Shown here in pieces: positions 12,005 through 23,200 of a DNA stretch of 64,000 nt. The notes beneath the pieces were generated by a model. The model did not search any database. It was not told the origin of the DNA and saw only the letters and a program-made list of their open reading frames with translations. Where the stretch lies: NCBI GenBank assembly GCA_037379345.1, contig CM074516.1, positions 23,560,001 to 23,624,000 of the forward strand. The letters run 5' to 3'. The DNA is from Perna viridis (Eukaryota). A program made the translations under genes and the position numbers. The first letter of the stretch is position 1. The number at the start of each line of letters is the position of its first letter.

Positions 12005-12545
12005 TGTTGGGACATACAATGTATAGTACACGTAGAGATAAGGCTCGTTCCTGACCCCTTATTCCTAAAGGGTTTAAGTCATAACCCCAATAATCAACCA
12101 CAACCACAGTGCTCCTTTTGAGAAATGACACCCTGTAGAACAAGTTCAAAGAGATCCATATTTTCTGGACATCGTAAAAATGCTAGTTGCTGACTCCTAG
12201 TTCCAGACGTTCATGTCACAACCCAACAAATCAATCAAGGCCTCCCTTTTAATCTGACACTCTGTGGTACATTTACTTATAATGAAGTTATTGTCCGAAC
12301 ATTATAAAATGCTTATTCTGATCCCCAATTCCTAAACGGTTCAAGTCAAAACCCTAAAAATCAATACCAGGCTTCATTTTTGTGGTATGGCATCTTGTGG
12401 TATATATATCTCATATATAATAAAGATCTACATATATACACTTATACTCAAGTTACATTATTGTTCGGACATAACTACGGACGACAACGACATCATGATA
12501 CCATTATAAAACCGCATTTTTACGGCTCCGGATCGTTTAAAGACA
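12005..12545. repeat. Degenerate HINE/Helentron-like non-autonomous repeat with ~130-140 bp internal units
   Basis: Three related units (ctgacccc 12051, ctgactcc 12191, ctgatccc 12319) followed by a ggacgacaacgac...ataccattata..ccgc end motif. Confidence 0.45.
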
Positions 12546-12642
12546 AAAGAAAACTCTTTTTTTTTTCATTTCTTAACAAATAGCACCATTTTATCGTTTC
12601 TGAACACAAAATGTCTACTGAGTCAACACATTGCTAATGCAA

Positions 12643-14808
12643 TTAATAAATTTCTAGAAGATATTCCTTCAAAGATTTAGGCAATGGCAACCGTGGAACT
12701 TTCTCAGCAATTTTTCTGTCGATGGATTTATAAATCTGTAGCCTTGCAATCTGCTTCAGACTCCGCGGATTTTCAGACAAGTTGATAACAATGCGACTAT
12801 TTTCGCAACCCAAATTTCTCGCAGGGTTTAATGTTACCTTTGCAGCGTTTAGATAATTATACAGAGCGTCGTGAGACATAGTATTGTAAAATAACATGAA
12901 AAATTCTACAGCATAGTCCATAAACATGTTTCTATTAGAAACACATGAATTCAGACACTGAGATCCCAATCTTTTTAGATAAATAGAGCTCTGTGAATGA
13001 CAAACGACGAAATTAGAAGGATTGGGTTGTATGTCTGGATCAGCACCCAATTGAAACAAAACTTTTAACCATTTGTGGATTTCCACTAGCTGCTGATTTT
13101 TCCAGGGAAACTTTTCAACTAAAATCATAAAAAAATCCAATGCACTTCTGTTTTGACATCTTGGGAAGCCCATACTATCCTCCCACTTAACAACATCTAT
13201 CTGGTTAGGGTTTTGACCATTTTTCACAGAGACTGTCAATAATCTACAGACTAACGAGGAAAACTCAGATATAATTCGCCTATCCACCATACAGTTAAGA
13301 CCACTGGCAAACTCGGAAACAATGTTAAAATATCCTGGTGCGTTTTCTTGAAGTTTTGCCCCATGGCTTAAAAGTAACTCTACTATTTGAACTACAGAGT
13401 CAGATTGCACAAACAAGTTTGTAGGGTCTTCATTTAGTAAGCACTGGAAATAGACATAAAGTGGAGAAGCACCATTAGGACTAGGCCTGTTTATATTAGA
13501 CCCATAACGTACCAAAACCTCTATAGCCTGATGAAGGTGTCCATGATGTTTATTATAGTTATGGAATGAAGTTCCAAGAAGATTATGAAAGCGTGGCTCA
13601 TGTAACACTGCATTCTCTCCCATGCTTGATTTCAATGAGATGTACATAAGTTTACCAAGAGAATCTATTCCGTAACTGTTGAGTATCCCTGCATCTGCAT
13701 TGAACTGGAGTAATAGCTCTAGAGTTTGAATAACTTGGTCCTGATAGTCATTATGTAATGATTTATAGTTTTCTTCATCAACCACATGTGGTGGAAATTT
13801 AACACTAGGAATATTAGAAACATGTGAAACTAGGAAGTGTAGAGGTGTCTCTCCATTTTTGTCCCTGCAGTTAATCATTTGTTCAACACCAGTTTTTAGC
13901 AGCAGTTCTGAAGTGTCAAATATTGTGAACAAACCACTGAACTCACCACCAAAAAGTTGATGTAGTGCAGTGTTGCCATTACTTGCAATGATTTTAACAT
14001 CAGCCCCATTGTTAATTAATACTGTTGTACATGATATTCCCCATTTTACAGACTTCAATAGAGGGGTAAGCCCATTTGAATCCTTGGAATTAACAATAGA
14101 AGCATTCTGAGATAGTATCATTTGAATACAATCTTTTGCCCCACAGTCACATGAATAGTGAAGAAGGTCAACTAAATCTACTGTGTAACCTCTCTGATTC
14201 ATGTGGGTAAGAAGTAAGGAAAGGCAGCCAGCATTGTTACTATGACAAGCCCAATGGGTTGGCAAATGTTTATTTAAACTGCAACTATAAATAGGATTTG
14301 CAGTTCTCCCTAACCAGTTTGTCCTTCTACCTAATGGTACATGCCACTGAGGATAGCAAATACCAGCTTGACTTCTTACATCCATACCATTCTTAAGTAA
14401 AATTTCCAATATCTCAACATGGCCCAGATGTGCAGCAAGGTGGACAGGGGAACAACAGTCATTCTCCAGCTTGTCATGCGGCCATTTTAAAAACACTTTC
14501 ACAAGAGATTTTGCCCCCTTTGCAATTGCTAATTGTAAAAGGTTATAGGAAGTATTGTGATCACGACAGGATAGTATATTCTCATCTAGTGATAAGGATA
14601 AAGCAAGTGAGCAGCAATTCTTTTCTAACTCATCAATATTGTCAATCTTTCGAAAATATGTAAAAAGTTTCTGTATTGTTGTTTCTGTATCTTTTGATGG
14701 CTGTAGCAATGGTTTTAATCCAAAAACTATCTTAAGTGGCCAATAATTCAACAGATACTGGTTCAGAACATCCAGGCAGTCATATGCATATTGCAGTAGG
14801 TGAGTCAT
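12643..14808 (-). CDS. Ankyrin repeat and SOCS box-containing protein (ASB family), single coding exon
   Basis: Intact 721-aa ORF with ankyrin motifs (SPVHLAAHLGH, TPLLKSV, NTALHQL, ETPLHFL, SPLYVY) and a C-terminal SOCS box PRSLKQIARLQI...LPLPKSLKEYL. A splice acceptor (ttcttgttttttag) sits just upstream at 14851, with a candidate 5'UTR donor at 17266. Confidence 0.92.
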   Translation of the reverse strand: MTHLLQYAYDCLDVLNQYLLNYWPLKIVFGLKPLLQPSKDTETTIQKLFTYFRKIDNIDELEKNCCSLALSLSLDENILSCRDHNTSYNLLQLAIAKGAKSLVKVFLKWPHDKLENDCCSPVHLAAHLGHVEILEILLKNGMDVRSQAGICYPQWHVPLGRRTNWLGRTANPIYSCSLNKHLPTHWACHSNNAGCLSLLLTHMNQRGYTVDLVDLLHYSCDCGAKDCIQMILSQNASIVNSKDSNGLTPLLKSVKWGISCTTVLINNGADVKIIASNGNTALHQLFGGEFSGLFTIFDTSELLLKTGVEQMINCRDKNGETPLHFLVSHVSNIPSVKFPPHVVDEENYKSLHNDYQDQVIQTLELLLQFNADAGILNSYGIDSLGKLMYISLKSSMGENAVLHEPRFHNLLGTSFHNYNKHHGHLHQAIEVLVRYGSNINRPSPNGASPLYVYFQCLLNEDPTNLFVQSDSVVQIVELLLSHGAKLQENAPGYFNIVSEFASGLNCMVDRRIISEFSSLVCRLLTVSVKNGQNPNQIDVVKWEDSMGFPRCQNRSALDFFMILVEKFPWKNQQLVEIHKWLKVLFQLGADPDIQPNPSNFVVCHSQSSIYLKRLGSQCLNSCVSNRNMFMDYAVEFFMLFYNTMSHDALYNYLNAAKVTLNPARNLGCENSRIVINLSENPRSLKQIARLQIYKSIDRKIAEKVPRLPLPKSLKEYLLEIY

Positions 14809-15200
14809 GAGTTTCGTCTGTCAGTTCCATTCAATGGAAACCATCAGAATCTAAAAAACAAGAAAGTTTAATATAAATTAGTATCTTATACTATTCACAT
14901 CTAATGCATTGTGTTTATTACATTTTAGAGCTTGTACATCTACCGGTACATGTATATTACATGTTCAAGCTGCTATGAAAAAAATACATTGTACATACAT
15001 GTACTTGAAAAACTTTCATTAGTAGTGCAATGATGACATAAACTAATTTACATTAGTCAAGTCCATCTAGCGAGAAATTAACCCAAGGTTCATCTAATTG
15101 CAACAGAGGATGTAACAATATTTGTAGTCAGGAAATGTTCAAGGAGTTTTATAGGTATAAATTAAAGATTAGAAATAGATTTTCTCTCTTTAACAACCCC

Positions 15201-15440
15201 CTTTTTATGAGCAACTCGGCTGGTGTTTCTAGAAAAGCAGAGGATGCTTACCCTACTGGTGCACATGCTCCCCGTTTTTAGTGGAGTCCGAGTTGCTCGT
15301 TTACTTTTGTTGCTTTGTATGTGTGATTTTGGTTGCTTTGTGTTCTTTGTTGTGTATGTCTGTTTTCCATGTCTGGTCTTTGTCCCTGGATTGCATTCTT
15401 TTGATTACCGCTATAACCTTGGTTCCCTTGATTACTCTTT
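15201..15440 (+). mobile_element. Short 3'-end copy of the Naiad-like element
   Basis: Closely matches 46953-47199 (atgagcaactcgg...ttgattactcttt). Confidence 0.85.
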
Positions 15441-15644
15441 CCTCCCCAAATTTTATGGCTTAACAATTTAAGGTTGATTTTTGGTGGGAAATATAAATAG
15501 TATTCATGTCTTTTTTGTGGTCTTTAAATACAAAGTACTTTTAAACCCAGAAAATGTACTGACTATACAATGTATAATAAACAGGAATGATCATTTACAC
15601 CATTTTTTTTATTTGTGTAAAAATCACCATAGGGTTCAATATAA

Positions 15645-16290
15645 AACAGCAGAATATGTTGCATGGCCGCCACACAGCTTGATATGATCATAAAGTTTGA
15701 ACCCTGAACAGTTGGAGCAGATACAGACATAGTACAAAAGCTTGATAGTTTTGGAAAATTGTGATTTGAGATTTGACTAAGGATCAGAATTCAACCAGAA
15801 TCCTGCCTGGACCAAATTCCAAGTTGGTTCTATAGTCACCACCTCTAAAAACAACCCGAGCCTTCCTTTGGGAGTTTGGCACCTAGTGACCAGTACAATT
15901 TTTAAGAGATCCATTTACTTATACTAAGATATCATACAGACTGTGGGAGATTAGGAAAATATTTGTTTCTGGATGCTTTTTTGACCCCTAATTCACAAGT
16001 AATCATCTCCAAAATAAATCCCAGTCATCATTTGTTGTAAAGGAACAATATGATGGAGATCTATATGCTTTTACTGGAGTTCTTTAGTTATTTTATTGAA
16101 TGCTGTTTTTGCCCCATGGTCCCTAAAATCAATAACAACCTTCCTTTAGTTATTTTGTGGTTTAAAATCTAAAAAATTATTTATAAATCATTATTTCATT
16201 TAGACCGAATAAAAGTAGAACAAGACCAAATAAACACGTTTGGTTATGTGTCACCATCATATACATGTACTGGTATTTGTTAGCACATAA
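15645..16290. repeat. Degenerate HINE-like repeat
   Basis: Internal degenerate units (cccgagccttcctttg / cccagtcatcatttg / caaccttcctttag) resembling the 12.0-12.5 kb repeat. Confidence 0.35.
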
Positions 16291-17280
16291 ATATCTTTAA
16301 TATGTATGATTACTAACCAAGACTACCTGAATTATGTGTTTATGATAGCAAATATCCAAGTATGACAGGAAGAAATTCATATCAAATATTTGTCAAGTTT
16401 GTCTGTAATAAGAAGTCCATATCTTTTTAACAATGTATGTACATAAACACTTTACAAAATTTGAATAATATAGGCAAAATACTTTTTGAGTTACAAATTC
16501 TACAAATTATATGCTATGTATACACAATATGAAATGATGGAAAATGGCTTGTGTTCAACATGATACTGTAGAGCTGAGTATTGTGAGAAAATTCACAATA
16601 CAGTACACATCATAAATACTTTTTTTAGAACACAGTAATGTCATAATATCTAACTTCATACTATAAAAGCCAGAATTGCCTTGCAATCAACAGCAGACAG
16701 TCTATATTTAGGATGCAGTAAGTACTCTTTATCTTGATTAAAATTGTGTAAGACATACAATGTAACTACTCTTTTGTGCATGTCAATGACTTTCAGATTT
16801 ACAGCACATGTACATGTAAAACAGAAAACTGGATTGGAGTTGGAATAAAAAAAAAATAAACACTATTTTATATCATGATTAGAAGAGACTATATGATACA
16901 GATACATGTACCAACAATCAATAATGACAATGGTTATACATGTACCTCTTCTTAAAATCCTTGAAATTCAGGAAATTTTTCATCAAATTTCTCCATAATG
17001 TGAGGTATATTCACTGATAATTTAGACCAGACTAACACCATGTCAACTATTAAAATCCTTGTTTACATTTTGTATTAACAACAGGAAACTGTGTAACAAG
17101 TTAATGGGCATGTACTTTCTACATGTACATGTAATTGTGAACTGTCAAGAATTCCAAATGCTACAACAGGGGTGCCAAGTTTTCAATAGGCAAATGCTTG
17201 AAAAATCTTTATAGTTCCTTCTTCATTAAAGCACCCAGTATCACACTACATTTTTGTGTTGTTTACCTGAATCGTGTTCT

Positions 17281-17344
17281 CAATCGGAACTACTCAAACT
17301 TTATTATCTTTTTTGTATAGAAATTGTCCGAGTAGTTCCGATTG
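17281..17344. mobile_element. 64-bp micro-MITE (15-bp perfect TIR)
   Basis: caatcggaactactc ... gagtagttccgattg, flanked by gtgttct / gtgttca. Confidence 0.6.
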
Positions 17345-18250
17345 GTGTTCACTTGAGGTTTATCTTATAACCATATCGAAACAGATCACAACTAATTTCG
17401 TCCGTTAGTCAATACTTTGTCAAAGTTGTCGGTTAATACGATAAAGTTAACCCATCCAACGTACACATGAAAATAAATTTAGTATATGTTATATGTGTTT
17501 TTTAACTCTATTTGATAGCGTTTCATCAAACATAAACAGATTGGAGTTCTTTTGTCAAAGTTTTTATTTACACGGTCATTAATCCTGGGCATTAGGCTTT
17601 GTCATAGTAACACTGACTTTAACATGATGGAAACCTTTGATCGTCTAATTGCACGGGCATTAATTCTGTACATGTATGATGACTATCCCACGTATAAGTA
17701 TGATGGGTCTGGCCTGAATAATATTAATTCTAACATTCGGATGAAGTATTTAAAAAAGACTTTTATAATTAATCAGACTTAGCGTTTTCCTATACGAAGT
17801 ATGTATGTGAATTCAAATAAAGATGTTAAGTGTTCATTTGGTTACTATTTAAAAAAATATGCAACTTATATATGACACTATAAGTACATGGAGGCAATAG
17901 AATGGCAATGATCACAATGTAGTACATGTCCGCTCATCTAGGGCAGTAAATTATGATTGATTGATTGAATGATTGATTGACAGATAACTTTAAATCAATA
18001 TCATCTAAATAAAACCAGAAAATACTAGTGTACATATTTGTTATAAGAGGGACCCCAAATGTTAACACTATGGTTCCTGCCCGGGATACTATATACATTA
18101 GAAGTTAAATGACAGTCGATCAGTAATTCATCAAATATCAGAATGTTCACATTATGAGTCCAGGATATTGTAAAGAAAATGTCATTTGAAAAAAGGTCAA
18201 TTGACAATAAAGACAAAAAGGAAGAGAACTAGGTTTGTGTCATTGATGCT

Positions 18251-18272
18251 CACACACACACACACACACACA

Positions 18273-18323
<51 letters not shown>
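18251..18323. repeat. Compound (CA)n(CT)n microsatellite
   Basis: Seen directly in the sequence. Confidence 0.98.
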
Positions 18324-18328
<5 letters not shown>

Positions 18329-18793
18329 ATTGGATAGAAAAGAGAAGGGTTGCAGGGTCAGAGGAAATTGAGACTAATGAAATGTAGATGGAGATGCCTT
18401 CAGGAAATACTAGACATGCATGTCGAGGTTGGATATATGACGATTGCCGCCTGTATGATATATTAAAAATACACAACATCGGAATGATAGGATAACCAGT
18501 GAAGTTGAAATTGATCAGAATATAATCTCGTTGCACATGGGAAATGATGCAGTGACGGGCAAACCCATAAGGGATGATCTTGCGTCAGTGTTTGAAGATA
18601 GACTTGTCAATATGCAACATGCTTCAAAATTTTGTAATTTTGTCCACTAATTGTTTTGTCTTCGAATGGCTAGCATGTTGATCATGTTTAATTTATCCTA
18701 TTTTATGTTTAGGGTATATCTGAACTGGTATATTTGTCACTTCGGAAGCCAGTCGAAGACAAACTTTGGTATGAAAATTAACATATGACCCAT

Positions 18794-18939
18794 CAGTGGC
18801 GAATCCTTTTAGAAAAAAAATGTTGAAAAAATTGTGTGTGTTAAGTCATGAAAAATACTCACTACGTGCTTCTCACTGGTGACCCTGTCAAAAAAAATTT
18901 TTGGGGACCCCCTTACCTAAAACTCTGGATCCGCCACTG
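18794..18939. mobile_element. MITE with CAGTGGCG...CGCCACTG termini
   Basis: TIRs cagtggcgaatcc / ggatccgccactg; 5-bp TSD cccat on both sides. Confidence 0.8.
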
Positions 18940-19617
18940 CCCATTAATATGTCCATTTTCACTTGTATTTTTCATTCTTCTATTCTTGATGATCATTCCT
19001 ATATCCTTTTTCTTAATCATTTATCATGTTTATTATCCCAGTATACATATCTCTGTATGTAACATAACAATTGTCTGTCTGTCCCTTGCTCTCAAGTTAA
19101 ATTACCTGGTTTCATTTCGGTTAATGCATGATTACTTATATCAAAATCGGAACTGGGGAGCACGTCAAAAGACAAACTAATAAAACAAATTTCGAACCTT
19201 TAAAAAGCATACAAATACGGTACATGTTTGCAGATAACTTTATTCGGATACTAAGAATCAAAGTTAATAAACTAATAATAAGAAATAGTATTTTAGAAAT
19301 TGAAAGACATGATGAAGTTAAAGAATTACCATAAGAACAAAAATGAAACCTGCGCAAAGGAAAGGTGAACAAACTGAACAACTTTTTATCAAGAAATGAT
19401 CGAGGGATTAAAAAAATCTAAAATTTATATTTAGCTCTGATGACCTGGACGTCTATAATAATACACAATTGTTTAGGAAAGATATATCAAATAAATAAAT
19501 TAATAACGGAAAAAAGTAACCGAAAGTTTAAGCCCTAGCCCTGGTATCACTTTCTGAACGATCATGCAATGACTAAAAAAAGTTTTAAATTTTGTATTGT
19601 GTGTGTTTATATTGATG

Positions 19618-19704
19618 TAGGCCGAATTTCCCCTGACCCTACAACCCTCCTCTTTTTTATCTGGATATTGATATGTCAGACAGGGCCAGAGGAAATTCGG
19701 ACTA
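19618..19704. mobile_element. Short inverted-repeat element (TAG...CTA family)
   Basis: ~23-bp imperfect IR taggccgaatttcccctgaccct / agggccagaggaaattcggacta; a related end occurs at ~18346-18376. Confidence 0.6.
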
Positions 19705-20230
19705 ATACTGATGATAGTTCTACGTTTTGACTCTCTCTATATAAAATTAATTAAATCGATTTGTATCAAAATAACACAAATTACATAGGAGAAAATGTAA
19801 AACCTCCAAAATGCCTAAGGCATACTTTCCTAATCATATTACTTCGGCTGATTTCCTGCTTTCAAGAAAGATACAGGTACAATTATTTTACATATACGGT
19901 TATACATATAATACATATGTAAATATATGACTCGTGCCAAAATAAAACCCATCTTACTTCCAAACAGGAATATATTTTAACTTACTTTCGAGTTCGAAGT
20001 AAGTAGGTAAGCCGATTTGTCCCCGTTTCATTGCAATTAAGTAACCAAGACAAACAGGAAGAGATGAAAAAGAATGCTATTAATGAATACACCATTGTAC
20101 TTATACCAGGGAATACTTAAGTACACTTGTTATTGCTTTTACAATATTTCCTGAATAAAGGCTATTTTTCCGGATCAAACTACGTCGTTTTACTCCAGTG
20201 ATTCAAGCGCGTGTATCTTAAAGTTCGGAC

Positions 20231-20280
20231 ATGGCTCGGATTGGATTGCTTACATCACTTTGCCTTGTTGTTTATCTCAG
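20231..20280 (+). CDS. Gene A exon 1 (signal peptide [16 protein letters not shown])
   Basis: ATG, hydrophobic core, AG|GTAAGT donor, phase 2. Confidence 0.8.
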
Positions 20281-23200
20281 GTAAGTTTTATTACTGACCT
20301 TCGGCCATACCTGTTAAGCCTTCTTTAAAATTGTTCGTTCTTCAATTTGCATGTGGCATTAACGCCGATGGAGAAAACGCAGACTCGTCTATATGATTTT
20401 TCCAAGACCGAATCGATAGTTTAACCAAACAAATAGAAACATGAAACACATATTTTTCGTTTTTTATGCTTTATAAATGCTATGGCCGAAAGCTTACAAT
20501 TTACTTATTCATTCATAATGTGACTGTAATTATATTTTATGATTCAATTATATACATGTAAGGATCGGAAAAGTTCCCAACGATGTCAAAACTGTCAAAT
20601 TTGCAAAGGAAGTTTTTGGTTGTTCCCTCGTTCGGACTAGAACTCGTACCACTATGACATCTATGGCAACACCAGCTGCACTAAGACTACTTGGTCAACT
20701 AGGCTGTATAAATACATAGCTTTCACTTGCTCGGTGGCTTTTACTGTAATCCAAAAACAGTAAAAAGTGTATTCGAGTAAAAAATTGTTCGATCTAAGAA
20801 AAATTCAATAGAAAAATGAACTGCTTACTCCTAGTCAGCGTTACGAAAGAATAATGGAAAAGAGCCACTTCACGTTTTCCGTATAACTGACGAGAGGAGC
20901 TTGAACTATAAGATTTTTAGCTCATGCATCCAGTCTAGCTGTTGTTTAACGTATAATTAAAATAATTGAATAAGATGACAGTATTTTATATTTCTTACAG
21001 TGTTTCTGAGGCAGGGTATTGTTATCAGTCCTATTCCTGTGGTTATACTGCTTATAGTACACACAGATACAGTACAAGATGTGGGAAACTGGGATGGAGA
21101 AGATGTACACGGTATAGGTAAGGATACAGCACAAGGTATAAGAAACTGGGATGGAGAAGATATACATGGTATAGGTAAGGATATAGCACAAGGTGTTGGA
21201 AACTGGAATGGAGAAGATGTACACGGTATAGGTAAGGATACAGCACAAGGTGTGGGAAACTGGGATGGAGAAGATGTACACTGTATAGGTAAGGATACAG
21301 CACAAGGTGTAGGAAACTGGGACGGAGAATATGTGCACGGTATAGGTAAGGATACAGCACAAGGTGCAGGAAACTGGTATGGAGAAGATGTACACGGTAT
21401 AGGTAAGAATACAGTACAAGATGTGGGAAACTGGGATGGAGAAGGTGTACACGGTATAGGTAAGGATACAGCACAAGGTGTAGGAAACTGGGATGGAGAA
21501 GATGTACACGGTATAGGTAAGAATACAACTCGAAGTGTGGATAACCGGATGGAGAAGATGTAAGTATAGGTAACGATATGGCATAGGGTAGAAGAAACTT
21601 TATCAGAGAAGATGTACACACTATAGGTAAAGATACAGTACGATGTGTTGGAAACTAGCACGGAACTGGATGGAAAAGATGTATACGGTAGGGGCAAGGA
21701 TATAGCATGGGGTGTGGGTAACTAGAGTAGAGGGGATGTACAGAGGGTTAGGCAAAATAAAGGGATGCATGTGTAGGAAACTACGTTGGAGATGAAATGC
21801 ACGTTATATATGGTAAATGATAAGATAGATGGTGGACCACTGATAGAGCCGAAGCAGGCCATTCAATATGAAGACCATGTACAAATCTGAAGCTGTAAAC
21901 AAATGTATACTTATTTTAACACTTAATAAGTAAACCAAAAGTGTGACGAATTTCCAATTAAACATTTATAATTTTGTTCTTATTTTTCAGGCAAGTCAGC
22001 AGTACAGCCTATAAAGTATGCCAACGGTCGTTTTGCTGCTCAGGATTTACTGGCTCCTCATGTTCACAACGTAAGTCAAAGAAAGAAATTGGACAACTGA
22101 AAAGGGAGCTTTGAAAAGAGGCGATAAGAGAAAAGAGATCGAGTGCTCCATACAAACCACTAAAAAGAGTACCTCAGTTGTTATAAAAATGGGTGATTCA
22201 TTTTCCGAGTCCGAGATTACTGTAAATAAGAATTTAAAATAGTACAATTATCCGAAAGCGTCTGACCGAAAATGTTTGTTGGAAAAATATTTTTCTTTAA
22301 TTTGGCAAAATCTTGTTTTTAGTATTACTCAAGATAGATTCAAAAGTTATCATTCAATCAAGTTCTTTTCAGTTTTGAGATTGCTTGCATACTAAAAGAA
22401 AGTACCCTTATTTTTCAGCCATATGCTATGGGTCAACATCTTGCCCAAATGGTGGTACTTGTTCAACACCTAACCGGTGTGTATGTAGGACTGGCTTTAG
22501 TGGAGCTCGATGTGCAGGTATCAAAATGTTATGCTGTGAACTGGTCTTTTCATGGGATGTAATCGATTTTCCGTGTTCCTTTTTTGTGGGGAAACTCGCT
22601 TGATTTTAATTGTACGATTTTTGCGGGACTAGGCAGACACACATATTAGCGGGACATTAAAATAGACGAGGTTCAACCTAATGTTACTTTTTAAAATTTT
22701 GTAGAAGCATTATGTACAGGCTTTCAATTTTCCCCTATTTTTTCTACTTTTTTGAGGCAGCCTTTTTTTTCCTAATTTATATTGAAAATCCTGAAATTGC
22801 CATTATTATCCATTCAAATTCCTACTTTTTTAAAATAATATATTTTTGGTCAATTGCAGATAATCGCTTTAAATCAGATATCAATAACATTAATGTATTT
22901 TAGCTTTAGTACTTTTAGATACTTATAACGATCTACCGGAAGTTGGTTACACAGTGATGGGGGTATACATTCAGCTGATGAATTGGACCTAAATCAATAA
23001 AGTGTGTGAAACTGCTGAATGTGTTTATTATTGATTGTGAAACTAAATCCTAATGATCTATTTTTCGTTTTTTTGATAAGATTACAGGGTAGTTTTATTT
23101 CAATTTATGAGTTAAATTTTGAAAAAAATATTACTTTTTTTCACAAAAGCCGTAGTTAATATTCCGTATATTTTTTTTTAAATGTGTTCCTAAAATGACT

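Noticed and set aside
15223-15471. Recurrent hydrophobic ORFs (also 42435-42812, 46959-47332)
   Set aside because: Translations of the T-rich non-coding Naiad 3' tail.
18186-18536. THTH/SLSL/ERER ORFs
   Set aside because: Microsatellite translation.
20946-21697. Four long overlapping ORFs (187-246 aa) with repetitive peptides
   Set aside because: They result from a 57-bp (3x19) tandem unit. The real coding frame is exon 21001-21117, which the ORF track does not list.
21064-21800. CRISPR-like regular array with polar decay
   Set aside because: Contiguous tandem units with no unique spacers, no cas genes, and a eukaryotic intron context.
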